A program made the position numbers and the translations under genes. DNA of 64,000 nt. Origin: an uncultured virus (IMG/VR IMGVR_UViG_3300047323_000263). Taxonomy: Duplodnaviria > Heunggongvirae > Uroviricota > Caudoviricetes > Schitoviridae. The notes beneath the pieces were generated by a model. The model saw nothing but the letters and a program-made list of their open reading frames with translations. It did not search any database and was not told where the DNA came from. Of this stretch, positions 18,285-28,700 are shown in pieces. Position 1 is the first letter of the stretch. Each line of letters begins with the position of its first letter. The stretch lies in the IMG/VR virus record IMGVR_UViG_3300047323_000263; one strand, 5' to 3'.

Positions 18285-18911
18285 GTGACGAACCCGTTGC
18301 AAGATGTGGCTGACAACCAGCCCACCGAACTCCAGATGCTCAAGGCTCGCGCCGACATGATGGGCATCACATATTCGAACAACATCGGCCCCGAAGCGCT
18401 TCGCAAGAAGATCGAGGCGAAGATGAATGGCGAGGAAGAGCCGGCTGCGGCCGATGCTCCGGCTGCTGATGCAGTCCACGCTGCCAACCCGCTCGTCGGT
18501 CAGGACAAGCCGGTCAAGCGTAAGTCGCTGCGCCAGCACCTCTACGACGAGGAAATGAAGCTGGTGCGTATCCGCATCCAGTGTCTGGACCCGAAGAAGT
18601 CGAACCTGCCGGGCGAGATCTTCACGGTCGCCAACGATCACCTTGGCACGGTCAAGAAGTTCGTGCCCTACGGCGAGTACTCGGAAGGCGGCTACCACGT
18701 GCCGCACATCATCTACAAGATGCTGCTCGCACGCCGGTTCCTGAACATTCGCACGGTCAAGGACAAGCGCACTGGCGTCACCACGCCGATCTCGAGCTAC
18801 GCCAAAGAGTTCGCCATCGAAGTGCTGCCGCCGCTCACGTCCGCTGAAGTCGAGAACCTGAAGGTGGCGCAAATCGCCGCAGGCTCGGTCGAAGCGCACT
18901 CGGAAGAGTAA
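18285..18911 (+). CDS. N4 gp55-like protein
   Basis: LKARADMMGITYSNNIG, KLVRIRIQCLDP, EFAIEVLPPLT; synteny. Confidence 0.8.
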   Translation: MTNPLQDVADNQPTELQMLKARADMMGITYSNNIGPEALRKKIEAKMNGEEEPAAADAPAADAVHAANPLVGQDKPVKRKSLRQHLYDEEMKLVRIRIQCLDPKKSNLPGEIFTVANDHLGTVKKFVPYGEYSEGGYHVPHIIYKMLLARRFLNIRTVKDKRTGVTTPISSYAKEFAIEVLPPLTSAEVENLKVAQIAAGSVEAHSEE

Positions 18912-18931
18912 TCGCCGCACTCTGTGCCTCG

Positions 18932-18967
18932 AAAAGCCCGTCCGGGATAGGGCGGGCTTTTTGTTTT
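18932..18967 (+). terminator. Intrinsic (possibly bidirectional) terminator
   Basis: AAAAGCCCGTCC-loop-GGGCGGGCTTTTTGTTTT. Confidence 0.85.
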
Positions 18968-18984
18968 GAACCAAGGAAAAGATC

Positions 18985-19926
18985 ATGAGTTACGGCGTCG
19001 ATACCGATGCAAACGAGCTGCTCACCTCGCTCACCACGGATGTCGCATTCACCATCCCGAACGTCGATTTGTCGGGGGCTGAATTCGAGATCCCTGGTGG
19101 CGTGGACAGCGACCTGTACAAGGCGCTCACCAAGCTCACCAATGCGGACCTGACCACCGGCGAAGTCACCGGCACCGGCACGTTCGATGTCTTCATGCAG
19201 GGCATGAAGGCGCAGCTCTCGAAGGAATACGAGAAGGGGCGCATCACCGGCGCTGAATACTCGAAGACCTACATCGAGCTCACCCAGGCGGCCATGTCCA
19301 ACGCCGTGCAATACCTGCTTGGCCGCGACCAGGCGTACTGGGCGGCCGTCGCTGCACAGGCGCAGGCAATCGCGGCGAAAGTGGCGCTCGAGCAGGCCAA
19401 GGTGCAGATGGCGGCCATGCAGCTCGAAGCCCAGACGGCCAAGGCGAACTATGGTCTGACGAAGGCGAAGATTGCCACCGAAGACATGCAGTTCGCGCAG
19501 GGCAAGTACCAGTTGACCTCGGTGTTGCCGGCGCAAGTCGCACAGAGCACGGCGCAAACCACGTTGCTCGGCACGCAGAACACGCAAGCCGCCACCCAGA
19601 CTCAGCAGATCGCCGCTCAGACGACGCTCCTTGGCAAGCAGCAGCTGCTCATCCAGGAACAGGTGGAATCCACCCGTGCGCAGACGCTCGATGTGCGCTC
19701 CGATGGTCAGGCAGTGGCGGGCTCGGTCGGCAAGCAAAAGGCGCTCTACGACCAGCAGGTGGTCAGCTACAAGCGTGATGGCGAAGTCAAGGCGACCAAG
19801 CTCTTTACCGACGCGTGGATCACGATGAAGACGATGGACGAAGGCCTGACGCCGCCCGACAACTTCACGAATGCGACGCTCAACGGCATCCTCCAGTCGG
19901 TGATCACCAACAACGCGCTGGGTTAA
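18985..19926 (+). CDS. N4 gp54-like structural protein
   Basis: GTGTFDVFM..EYEKGRITGAEYSK, GSVGKQKALY motifs; synteny. Confidence 0.8.
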   Translation: MSYGVDTDANELLTSLTTDVAFTIPNVDLSGAEFEIPGGVDSDLYKALTKLTNADLTTGEVTGTGTFDVFMQGMKAQLSKEYEKGRITGAEYSKTYIELTQAAMSNAVQYLLGRDQAYWAAVAAQAQAIAAKVALEQAKVQMAAMQLEAQTAKANYGLTKAKIATEDMQFAQGKYQLTSVLPAQVAQSTAQTTLLGTQNTQAATQTQQIAAQTTLLGKQQLLIQEQVESTRAQTLDVRSDGQAVAGSVGKQKALYDQQVVSYKRDGEVKATKLFTDAWITMKTMDEGLTPPDNFTNATLNGILQSVITNNALG

Positions 19927-19928
19927 TC

Positions 19929-22655
19929 ATGGGGTTCTTCGGCTCAAACAAAATCACCGCCGTCTCCAGCTCGGTCTACAACCTGGCGGGCGACCAGAAA
20001 ACGCGCGCCAACTTCCTGAAGACGACGGTGGTGGGGGCGGTGCTGGGCGATGAGGAGATGGGCGAGTCGATCACCGCTGCCTACCTCGGCGGGCCGGGGA
20101 TCAAGCTGCGCAACTTCACCAACTGGGCGAACGGCAGCTCGGGCTACAACGACTACATGAAGCAGGTGTCGGGCTCGATCAAGAACGGCGACTCGATCGA
20201 TAACGCCGTGCTCGCCACGCAGCTGCCGTACAACGCCGGCGAGACGGTGAACCTGCAAAGCTCGGAGATCGGCCAGTTCGATGCGAGCTACTGGGCCGAG
20301 GACTGGATTCTCAAAAATCGGCTCGAGCTGCTCAACACCGACTGGAATGCGGACTACACCGGGGGCCAGGTGGTCATCACCTTGGCCGACGGCTCGACCA
20401 CCTCCTTCGTCCCGGACAACTTCGACCAGTACGGCCGCTACCTCTATGCGGTGTACACGACGAGCACGGGCCGGGTGGAAGGCACGGTCGTCGCCGGCAC
20501 TCCTGTTTCCCTTGGCTCAAGCGAAGCCTGGCCGGATGTCACGGGCTGGACGCCGGACGCCAACACAGTGGGCACGACCTACCCGGAGCTGAAGACCACG
20601 GTGAACACCACGGTCAGCTATTCGGATGGGCGTGCCGACGAGTCGAGCTCGAGCGAGTCGACCGAAGCGGGCACCCTGGTCGAGACGCACGGTGTATGGG
20701 AAAAGTCGAAATACGACGGCGTGCAGCAGACAGCAGCCGGGACGGTCGCCACGTCCACCCGCTCGATCATGTATCAGGACGAGACGGGGGCAGTGGTCGA
20801 TGGCGAACCCACGGTCGAAACGACCACGGAAACCATTAAGGACGACGCCGGCCATGACGTGACGAAGACCACGACCCGGACGACGGTCGTGCAGTCGGTT
20901 GTGCAGACGCGCACCTACCGCGTCGACACGCAGCCGATCGTGAACGGCGTCACCTCGGCGCTGAAGATCTTCATCTACCACTACCAGACGGGCAATGCCA
21001 CGCTCGACGCGATGTTCTCGGAGCCGTCGGATCTGGGCGAGTTCCTGCCGTTCATCCCGTTTCGGCTCGACAACCGGGAGATCGGGGATGCCTTTTTGCC
21101 GGATGCCTACAAGCTGTGCAAGAAGGCCTTCAAGAAGTCGATCGCTGGCGACTACGACAAGATCACCGACCAGATTCTCGACAACGAGAGCATTGGCGAT
21201 CTCGATTACGTCTACACGGTGTTCGGTGTGTCGCTCAACGTGCAGGAGGTGTCTTGTAAGAAGTACCTGTTCCAGTTCCTCCAGATGCTGATGGATGCGA
21301 CCAACGCCGATCCGGCAGCGTATGCGGCGTGGCAGGCGCAGTACGACGCAGCGGCGGCGAGCCAGAAAGCCTATGACGACTGGCTGAACTCGCAGCCGTA
21401 TAGCGGTGGCGGCGACACCGGCAGCACGCTCGACTATTCGCAGGCGCCGGTCGTGTTGCCGTATCCGCAGATGCCGGCGACTTCGGTCACCATCGCCACG
21501 CCCGATAACCCGATCATGAACATCAACTTCAAGATCAGCTGGGCGGCAATGGCGGGCGATTCCGGGCCGGGCATCAAGGATCCGGCGCACTACAAGGGCG
21601 ACCTGTGGTGGGTCATCAACGGCACCGACACCTATGACCAGGTGATCTACAACGGCAGCGGCGGGGCGCAGCAGACGCAGAACGTGGATCACGTGACGCT
21701 CTACTGGCAGGTGGATGACAACAACTGGAAGTCGATCGCCGTCTGGGGGCTCAAGCACACCAACACGATCTACAACGGCAAGTCAGTCGAGATCTCGGCT
21801 AAGGATGCGTTGAACGACGCCGACGAGTCGGGCTTCATCATCCCGATCCACTCGAATCTCTACAAGGAGATGAGTCTGGTTGACGCCACGCAGATGTCGA
21901 CGGCGTGCGCGTATCTCGTCTTCAACTGCTACGTGGTGAAGAAGAAGCCCTGGTATGCGACGGGATTGTTCACCGTGATCGTGATCATCATCATCATCAT
22001 TATCTCGGTGGTCACCTGGGGCACGGGCACCGCACCCTCGGTCGGCCTGCTCGGCTCGGCAGCTGCGGTGGGAGCCTCGGTTGGCCTCACGGGACTGGCC
22101 GCGGTGATCGTCGGCTCGATCATCAATGCGCTCGCCGCGATGATCCTGATGAAGCTGATCGGGATGGCCGCCAACCTGATTCTCGGCCCGAAGATTGGTG
22201 CCATCGTCGGGGCGATCGTGGCGGTGGTGGCCATCGCTGTGGGCTCGGCCTACATGGGCGGCTCCACGATGGCTGAAGCCTTCGGCTCGCTCTCCTCGGC
22301 CTCCAACATCATGCAGCTCACCTCGGCAGTCGGCAAAGGTGTTGCCGGTTACCTGGAGCAGTCGGTTGCTGAGATTCAGGGCAAGACTCAGGATATGTTG
22401 GCCGATTACAATGCTAAGGAGAAAGCAGTCGAAGACCAATGGTTCGACACCTTCGGGACTTCTGAAGGAATTATCGACCCACTCGGATTTACTGACACGT
22501 CTCAGCACGGCGAGTACGTGTACGAGACAGCAGACAGCTTTCTTTCCAGAACACTGATGACCGGAAGTGATGTGGCCCAGATGTCTATGGACCTCCTGAC
22601 CAACTTCTGCGAGTTGACTCTGAACACCGACCTGTCAGGCGACAACTTCACTTGA
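19929..22655 (+). CDS. N4 gp53-like structural protein with C-terminal transmembrane region
   Basis: Start ATG 19929 (MGFFGSNK..VSSSVYNLAG); KKKPWY followed by long hydrophobic segments. Confidence 0.8.
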   Translation: MGFFGSNKITAVSSSVYNLAGDQKTRANFLKTTVVGAVLGDEEMGESITAAYLGGPGIKLRNFTNWANGSSGYNDYMKQVSGSIKNGDSIDNAVLATQLPYNAGETVNLQSSEIGQFDASYWAEDWILKNRLELLNTDWNADYTGGQVVITLADGSTTSFVPDNFDQYGRYLYAVYTTSTGRVEGTVVAGTPVSLGSSEAWPDVTGWTPDANTVGTTYPELKTTVNTTVSYSDGRADESSSSESTEAGTLVETHGVWEKSKYDGVQQTAAGTVATSTRSIMYQDETGAVVDGEPTVETTTETIKDDAGHDVTKTTTRTTVVQSVVQTRTYRVDTQPIVNGVTSALKIFIYHYQTGNATLDAMFSEPSDLGEFLPFIPFRLDNREIGDAFLPDAYKLCKKAFKKSIAGDYDKITDQILDNESIGDLDYVYTVFGVSLNVQEVSCKKYLFQFLQMLMDATNADPAAYAAWQAQYDAAAASQKAYDDWLNSQPYSGGGDTGSTLDYSQAPVVLPYPQMPATSVTIATPDNPIMNINFKISWAAMAGDSGPGIKDPAHYKGDLWWVINGTDTYDQVIYNGSGGAQQTQNVDHVTLYWQVDDNNWKSIAVWGLKHTNTIYNGKSVEISAKDALNDADESGFIIPIHSNLYKEMSLVDATQMSTACAYLVFNCYVVKKKPWYATGLFTVIVIIIIIIISVVTWGTGTAPSVGLLGSAAAVGASVGLTGLAAVIVGSIINALAAMILMKLIGMAANLILGPKIGAIVGAIVAVVAIAVGSAYMGGSTMAEAFGSLSSASNIMQLTSAVGKGVAGYLEQSVAEIQGKTQDMLADYNAKEKAVEDQWFDTFGTSEGIIDPLGFTDTSQHGEYVYETADSFLSRTLMTGSDVAQMSMDLLTNFCELTLNTDLSGDNFT

Positions 22656-22665
22656 GGATCCAGTC

Positions 22666-23163
22666 ATGGATTTGAATTTCGGTTACAACGACGTTGGCTC
22701 GAACCAGTACGGGTTCACGGCCGGCAACGGGGCGAGTACGCCGGTGTACGGCTACAACCCCCTTCAGACTTTTGGACAGGGGCTCTCTCCGACGAGCGGC
22801 TCGGTGGTGGATGGCCTGGGCGGCACCATCGGCAACGGCTCGACCAGCAGCATCGCCGGGGTGACGAATGCCGGAGACGGGGCCGGTTCCCTCTCTGGCT
22901 CGCTGGGCATGAACGTGCCGACGTTTCAGCTCGGGCTTCAGGGCCTCAGCTCGCTTGCCAGCATGTACACGGGCCTGAAGGCGCTTGGGCTTGCCAAGGA
23001 TCAGTTCGCGTTCCAGAAGTCGCTGGCCACCAAGAATCTCCAGAACTCGGTGACAAGCTACAACACTTCGCTGTCGGATCGGGCGAACTCCCGCGCTGTG
23101 ATGGAAGGGCAATCGACCTCGGATCGTGACGCCTACATCAACGCTAACAAGCTGTCTGCCTAA
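22666..23163 (+). CDS. N4 gp52-like small ejection/internal virion protein
   Basis: Gly/Ser-rich, LAKDQFAFQK..SYNTSLSDR; synteny. Confidence 0.75.
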   Translation: MDLNFGYNDVGSNQYGFTAGNGASTPVYGYNPLQTFGQGLSPTSGSVVDGLGGTIGNGSTSSIAGVTNAGDGAGSLSGSLGMNVPTFQLGLQGLSSLASMYTGLKALGLAKDQFAFQKSLATKNLQNSVTSYNTSLSDRANSRAVMEGQSTSDRDAYINANKLSA

Positions 23164-23177
23164 GAGGAGAAGACCCA

Positions 23178-25340
23178 ATGGCAGTTTTGACGTGGCGAAA
23201 TGTGGATTCGCCCAACTTTAACGGTTCGATTGACGGGCTGGCTACGGCCGGTCGGTTGATCGGCAACTCCACCACCGGGCTGGCCGATGCACTCGGCAAG
23301 TTCGGGGATTACCAGACGCAGCAGGCCGATACCGCGGCCTTGCTCAACGCCCAGAAGTATCAGGATGCGGCGGGCCTGCGTGCGGGCTTGCAGAGCGGCG
23401 CGGTGTTCAATGGCGTCGATCAGTCGCACGTGAACGCGGCGACGATCAAGAACCTGAACGGCCAGGTGAATGATCTGCTCACGCAGCAGACCACGCAGCA
23501 GAATCTGGACAAGGGCGTACTGGACATGGACCAGACTCGCCTCAATGTCCAGAAGGGCCAGTATGGATTCGACCGCTTGCAGAAGGGGGACGCAGCTGGG
23601 GACGCATTTGCACCGATTCAGGCGAATGCGTTGGCACTTGCGGCTTCCGGCAAGCACGACCAGGCCAATGCGCTGCTCAACGATCCGAAGTTCGCGGCAC
23701 TGCCTTACGAGAAGCAGCAGGAAGTGATCTCCAAGCTGCAATCGGCCGAGGGCACGAACACGACGAACTCGCAGAGCGCCTTCACGCTCAACCGCGACCA
23801 GACGGCGTACAAGGACCAGCAGGCCGGTCTTCAGGCGGCGATGGATGCGATGCAGGATGGCACGCCGGACGGCGCACGCCGCTCGCTCATGGGCCGCTCG
23901 GACCTGAGCCCGGCAGCGCTGGAGTATGCACAGCGCTTCATCGGCGGCCACGGCTATGGCGACATGAACGCTCCGATCGGCACGCCGGTGACTGGTGTGG
24001 CAGGTGGCGGTGCAGGCTCGAGCGCTACGCCAGTGGTGGGTGGCGGCAATGGTGCTGCGGGCACGCTCGGCGGCAACTCCTACTCGGTCGTGCTCGGCGG
24101 CGGCCGCTATGGTTTGCCCACGGATGACAAGGGTCAGCCGGTCGACATCACCACGAAGACGATGGGCGAGGTCAATGACTTCGGCACCAAGCTCATCGAC
24201 AAGACGCGCAACGATCCGCAGCTTGGCCTCGCTGACACGGGCAAGGGCAGCTCCGCAATGGGCGCCTACCAGTTCACCAACGAGTCCCGTGAAACCTACG
24301 GCAAGAAGCTCTTTGGCGACAACTGGAAGAACCAGAAGTACGACGCTGACACCCAGGAGAAGCTGGCCGAGGCGATGTACAACGACAGCAAGGGTGGCGA
24401 TCTCTCGAAGATCTGGACCTCGCTGAAGAAGATCCCCGGTGCGGAGAAGACCGGTGCCTTCGCCAACATGCCGTGGAGCCAGGCAAAACAGATCATCGCC
24501 GGTGGGGAGTCGAATACCAATGCGCTGCGTAACAGTCGGCTGGCGACAGCCAACACGGTGCAGCAGCTGATCGACTCGGCCTCGATGCGCAATACGCAGA
24601 ATCTGGCTCCGACGATTGATCCGGACACCTGGACCAAGGCCTACAGCGCGAACGACAGCCTGGACAAGGTGACCAATGACCTGATCACGACGGTGCCGAG
24701 CCTGAAGGGTGCGAACTCGAGCTACGTGTCCAATTTCGTCCAGAAGCTGGTGGATGACTCCAAGCACGGCGGACAAGTCCCGCAGATGAGCTACAAGCAG
24801 GCGGGCCTCATCGCCCAGAACTCGCTGCGTGGCACCGACAGCAGCTGGCTCGGTAACTGGACGCGTTCGAGTGGCATCCTCACCTCGGCATCGCAGGCAC
24901 CGTCGAGCATGGCGTTCAACGACGCCGCTGCGCAGGATCTGAGCGAGCGCTACCAGACCGGGCAGTTCATGTCGGACGCACAGGGCAAGCGCCTGGCCGA
25001 TCAGAACGTCGAAGGCCTGAAGACGGCGCTGGCGCAATCGCAGGCAGCGGACAACGCACTCCAGCAGGCGCAACTGGCGTCGACTCGGGGTCTGCGCAAC
25101 GTGTCCTACGCCACGCTTAGTGATCTCGCAGCGCAGGCCGAGCTGGCGCACCAGAACCTGGATGCGCTCCAGTCGCAGGTGCAGGCAAAGGATGCGCAGG
25201 GCAACCGGCCGAATCTGGCCAAGGGGACCGACGTGGCCACCAAGATCGTGGAGGACGTCAAGAAAGCGGCCGCTGCGAAGAAGGCGGCGACGAACAACCT
25301 GCCGAATGCCCGGAAGCAGAATCCTCTGTCGATTGGGTAA
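23178..25340 (+). CDS. N4 gp51-like ejection protein with an internal lysozyme-like domain
   Basis: MAVLTWRNVDSP N-terminus; SSAMGAYQF..DADTQEKLA..W.SL muramidase-like motif; upstream of vRNAP. Confidence 0.75.
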   Translation: MAVLTWRNVDSPNFNGSIDGLATAGRLIGNSTTGLADALGKFGDYQTQQADTAALLNAQKYQDAAGLRAGLQSGAVFNGVDQSHVNAATIKNLNGQVNDLLTQQTTQQNLDKGVLDMDQTRLNVQKGQYGFDRLQKGDAAGDAFAPIQANALALAASGKHDQANALLNDPKFAALPYEKQQEVISKLQSAEGTNTTNSQSAFTLNRDQTAYKDQQAGLQAAMDAMQDGTPDGARRSLMGRSDLSPAALEYAQRFIGGHGYGDMNAPIGTPVTGVAGGGAGSSATPVVGGGNGAAGTLGGNSYSVVLGGGRYGLPTDDKGQPVDITTKTMGEVNDFGTKLIDKTRNDPQLGLADTGKGSSAMGAYQFTNESRETYGKKLFGDNWKNQKYDADTQEKLAEAMYNDSKGGDLSKIWTSLKKIPGAEKTGAFANMPWSQAKQIIAGGESNTNALRNSRLATANTVQQLIDSASMRNTQNLAPTIDPDTWTKAYSANDSLDKVTNDLITTVPSLKGANSSYVSNFVQKLVDDSKHGGQVPQMSYKQAGLIAQNSLRGTDSSWLGNWTRSSGILTSASQAPSSMAFNDAAAQDLSERYQTGQFMSDAQGKRLADQNVEGLKTALAQSQAADNALQQAQLASTRGLRNVSYATLSDLAAQAELAHQNLDALQSQVQAKDAQGNRPNLAKGTDVATKIVEDVKKAAAAKKAATNNLPNARKQNPLSIG

Positions 25341-25395
25341 ACTGAGGGATGGCACGCCAGTCCGGGTGCCGTCTTTCCCCCAACATAGGACCGGC

Positions 25396-25620
25396 ATGAA
25401 CGCGACAGAAGGACTTCGGCGCATTGCCAGGGGAGTCGGCTACATCGGCTGGCTTCCTCTGGTTCTAGTGATCTTCTTTACCCTGCAAGACTTGCAAGAG
25501 CGGGGCCATTGGCCAAGAGACGCACTACTCAACACACTCTTTGCAATACTTGCCTTGTCAATCTTCAAGGTAATCGAGTGGATCATCCTTGGATTCGCCA
25601 CACCGAAGCGGTCGGACTGA
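25396..25620 (+). CDS. Small 2-TM membrane protein (74 aa), low GC
   Basis: AGGA SD, ATG 25396 (MNATEGLRRIARG), two hydrophobic helices. Confidence 0.65.
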   Translation: MNATEGLRRIARGVGYIGWLPLVLVIFFTLQDLQERGHWPRDALLNTLFAILALSIFKVIEWIILGFATPKRSD

Positions 25621-25651
25621 CGTAAACTGTCATTGCTCTCGACAACTGACG

Positions 25652-25685
25652 AGCCTCACCCCAAAAGGGTGGGGCTTTTTTGTTT
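25652..25685 (+). terminator. Intrinsic terminator upstream of vRNAP
   Basis: AGCCTCACCC-CAAAA-GGGTGGGGCT followed by TTTTTGTTT. Confidence 0.8.
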
Positions 25686-25711
25686 CTAAAGGGTTTACAA
25701 CCCGGTATGAT
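25683..25711 (+). promoter_or_regulatory. Possible sigma70-type late promoter for vRNAP
   Basis: TTTCTA-17 nt-TATGAT located between the terminator and ATG 25748. Confidence 0.35.
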
Positions 25712-25747
25712 TCCCCTCAAACATATCTCTTATAACCGGACTCTTCG

Positions 25748-28700
25748 ATGCCATCTGCGCAAGACCTCCTCAATGAGAAACTTGGACTGTCAACAGGTCC
25801 AGCGGGGCTCTCTCCAACGCCCGCAGACACCGCTTATCAGCAAGGCGTGCAAGCAGCCAACGCACAATTGCGTCCGAATCTGACGCCGGCCGCACCGACT
25901 GCTGCCGACCAGCGCTTCAATGCCGCACAGCAGGGTGCGGATCAGGGGCTGCTCGACGGAATCAAGCGCTTCTTCCCCCAGAAGCCGACCAAGCAGCAGG
26001 ATGTGGCGGCCACGGCGGACGCCAAGCAGGCGTCGCTCGCCCAGACGGCCGATGCCAAGAAGGCCGAGCTCGCCCAGCAGACCGGAGCGCCGGCAGTCAA
26101 CATCACCAACGACCAGATGTACAACGCCGTGCTGGCACGTCGCACGGGTGATGGCCTGAACTCGATGCCGTCACAGGCCGAAGCGGACATGGCGAGCATG
26201 TCGCCGCTCGATCTGATCAACAAGTACGGCTACGACCGTGGCACGCAGCTCATGCAGCAGCGCACCGATGCGCGCAACACCCTCTCGGGTGAATCCACCT
26301 ACGGCGATCGCCGGGTAGTGAGCGGCATTGCCGACTTCGGTAAGGGTGTGGGCCTCGGTGTGGCCAACTCCGTCGGCGGCATGGCAGCACTCGGCGCGGG
26401 CATCCTGAACAAGGACGCCGGCACTCAGATCGCTCGTGGCGTGTCGGATCTCAACGACGCAGTGCAGGGCAGCGAGACGCCGCAGATGCAGGCTTCGCGT
26501 CGACTGAACGCGGCGAAGAATGCACTCGGCTACCGGGACAACCGAGCCCAGTACGCCACGGATCTCGAGCAGTACGGCACGGTCGGTGCGGACATGCGCC
26601 GGGTCGTCAATGACGCAGGCACGGCAGTCGGCAATGCGATCGACGATCCGCTCGCGTTCCAGGACGGCACGGCTCAGGGCTTGGGCTCACTGGTGACCGC
26701 AGGCCCGACCGGCAAGCTGATCGGCGCAGGTGCCAAGGTGGCGCTCGCCGCTGCCCCGGAGCTCGGCATTGCTCCTTCCCTCTTGGCTCGAGCAGCTGCA
26801 TCCAAGACCGGCCAGTACATCGCGCACGAAGGCCCGACGATGGCCGCCATCGGTGCGACTGAGGCGGGCGGCGCCTACCAGCAAAATGCCTCCGATGTGG
26901 TGAAGCAGTCCTTTGAAGATCTGGCTAAGAACAGCCCGATGTTCAAAGAACTGGTCGCCTCGGGCATGAGCAAGGAAGAAGCTCGCACGACGGTAGCGAA
27001 CCGCTCGGGCCTGATCGCTGCCGCTATTCAGGCACCGATGGCTGTGGCGGCCGGCGCAATCGCCTCGAAGTTCGAAGCGAACCCGTTCTCGGTGCCCAAG
27101 CTGCGTGACATCGGCAAGAACGTCCTCAAGGAAGGCGTCGAGGAAACGATTCAGTCTGGCACCGGCCAATGGTCGCAGAACGTCGCCACGCAGCATACGG
27201 CCAACGAGAATCAGGATCTGCTTGAGGGCGTCGGTGAGCAGGCTGGCCTGGGTGGCCTCTACGGCATGTCCTCGGCAGGTGCCACGCAAGGTCCGGGCGC
27301 GGTGTTCTCCCATACGGTGAGCACGGCACTCAAGGCCGGTCAGGCTGTAGCGGGTGCCGTCGGCAAGATGGCTGACAAGGTGCAGGAGCGCAACGACCGC
27401 AACTCGCCGGTGGCTGATCACATCGTCGCGCAAGCGGCGACCGAGTTCGAACATAATGCGGCCACCGCTGGCCAGCAGGCGATCGATTCGGTGCAGGCCT
27501 CCAACCTCTCGGACGAGAAGAAGGCCACGGCCAGCCAGTACATTCAGGATCTGGTCGGCTCCTCGCAGTTCGATCCGAAGGAGATGGAAGGTGCGCCGCA
27601 GCCGCTGATCGATGCAGTGGGCAATGCCACCACGCGGGTGGGCATGCTCCAGAACCTGCTCTCCTACGCACGCAATCAGGAGAACCCGCACGACGTTCGG
27701 GCAATGGCCTACGGTGTCTTCAAGGAAAACCTGGACGCACTGCACCAGAAGGTTGCTGAAGCACCGGTGCAGCTCGAAGGCCTCCCGCACGACGACGCCG
27801 CGGTGACGTTCGCCTCGCAGATCCAGGATCTGGCAGGCAAGTGGCTTGACACGCCCTCAGCGGTTCGCGCCAAGGAATCGATTCAGAAGTCGCTCGACAA
27901 GATCGTGTTGCCGGAGCTCAACGAAGAGTCGATCCAGACCGAAGAAGGTCAGCATGGTTTGCAGACGGCGCTCGCAATGGCCACCATCGATCCGTCGAAG
28001 ATGCCGGCCGCTGCTGTGCAGTCGATCAATGAGCTCGCCGCCAAGGGCAGGCTGCGTCTGACCAGCCAGCAGGAAGCGGGCATTCGCACGGCGATGGGCA
28101 TCCTGGCGGGCCGCGAGAAGTACGTGAGCGAGCTCCAGGCGAATGGCCTGAATGCGCCCAAGGACATCGTGGCGGCGCAGGTGTCAACCGATAAGGGATC
28201 GCCCGAAGGCAAGGATTCGGCGGCAGTACATCTGAACGCGATTCGAACGGCGTATGCGTCGGGTGATCGTGAAGGTGCCAAGACTGCGCTCTCCCACTTC
28301 GGCAAGTTCGCGCAGACGCTCCAGAACAAGGTGAGTGCGGTCAATTCCCAGATTGCGACTCACGGAGCCCAGTCGAATGACAAGAACTCGCTCCACTACG
28401 ACACTGTGAGCCGGGACAAGACCAAGTGGAACAAGTCGAAGCGCCCCTTCGGTGTCACTCCGCAGTCCCCCACCTCCGTCAAGTTCGTGCAGGAAGTTCA
28501 TGCGGAGGCGAAAGCGCTCACTGCTATGCACAATGCTCTGGCTACGGCGTATCCGGAGTTGGGTGTTAGTCATATGGGTCAGGTCGATTTGCATCCGTCG
28601 CTTACCGGTGCTCACCCGCGTGAAGTTGCTCAGGAGTGGAAGCAGGGCAAGCGCACGGTTGACACGTCAAAGGTTGATGGGGAGCCTGCTGCGCAGCCCA

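Noticed and set aside
21983..22004. (ATC)n microsatellite
   Set aside because: In-frame poly-Ile of the gp53-like transmembrane segment; a triplet repeat cannot phase-shift the gene.
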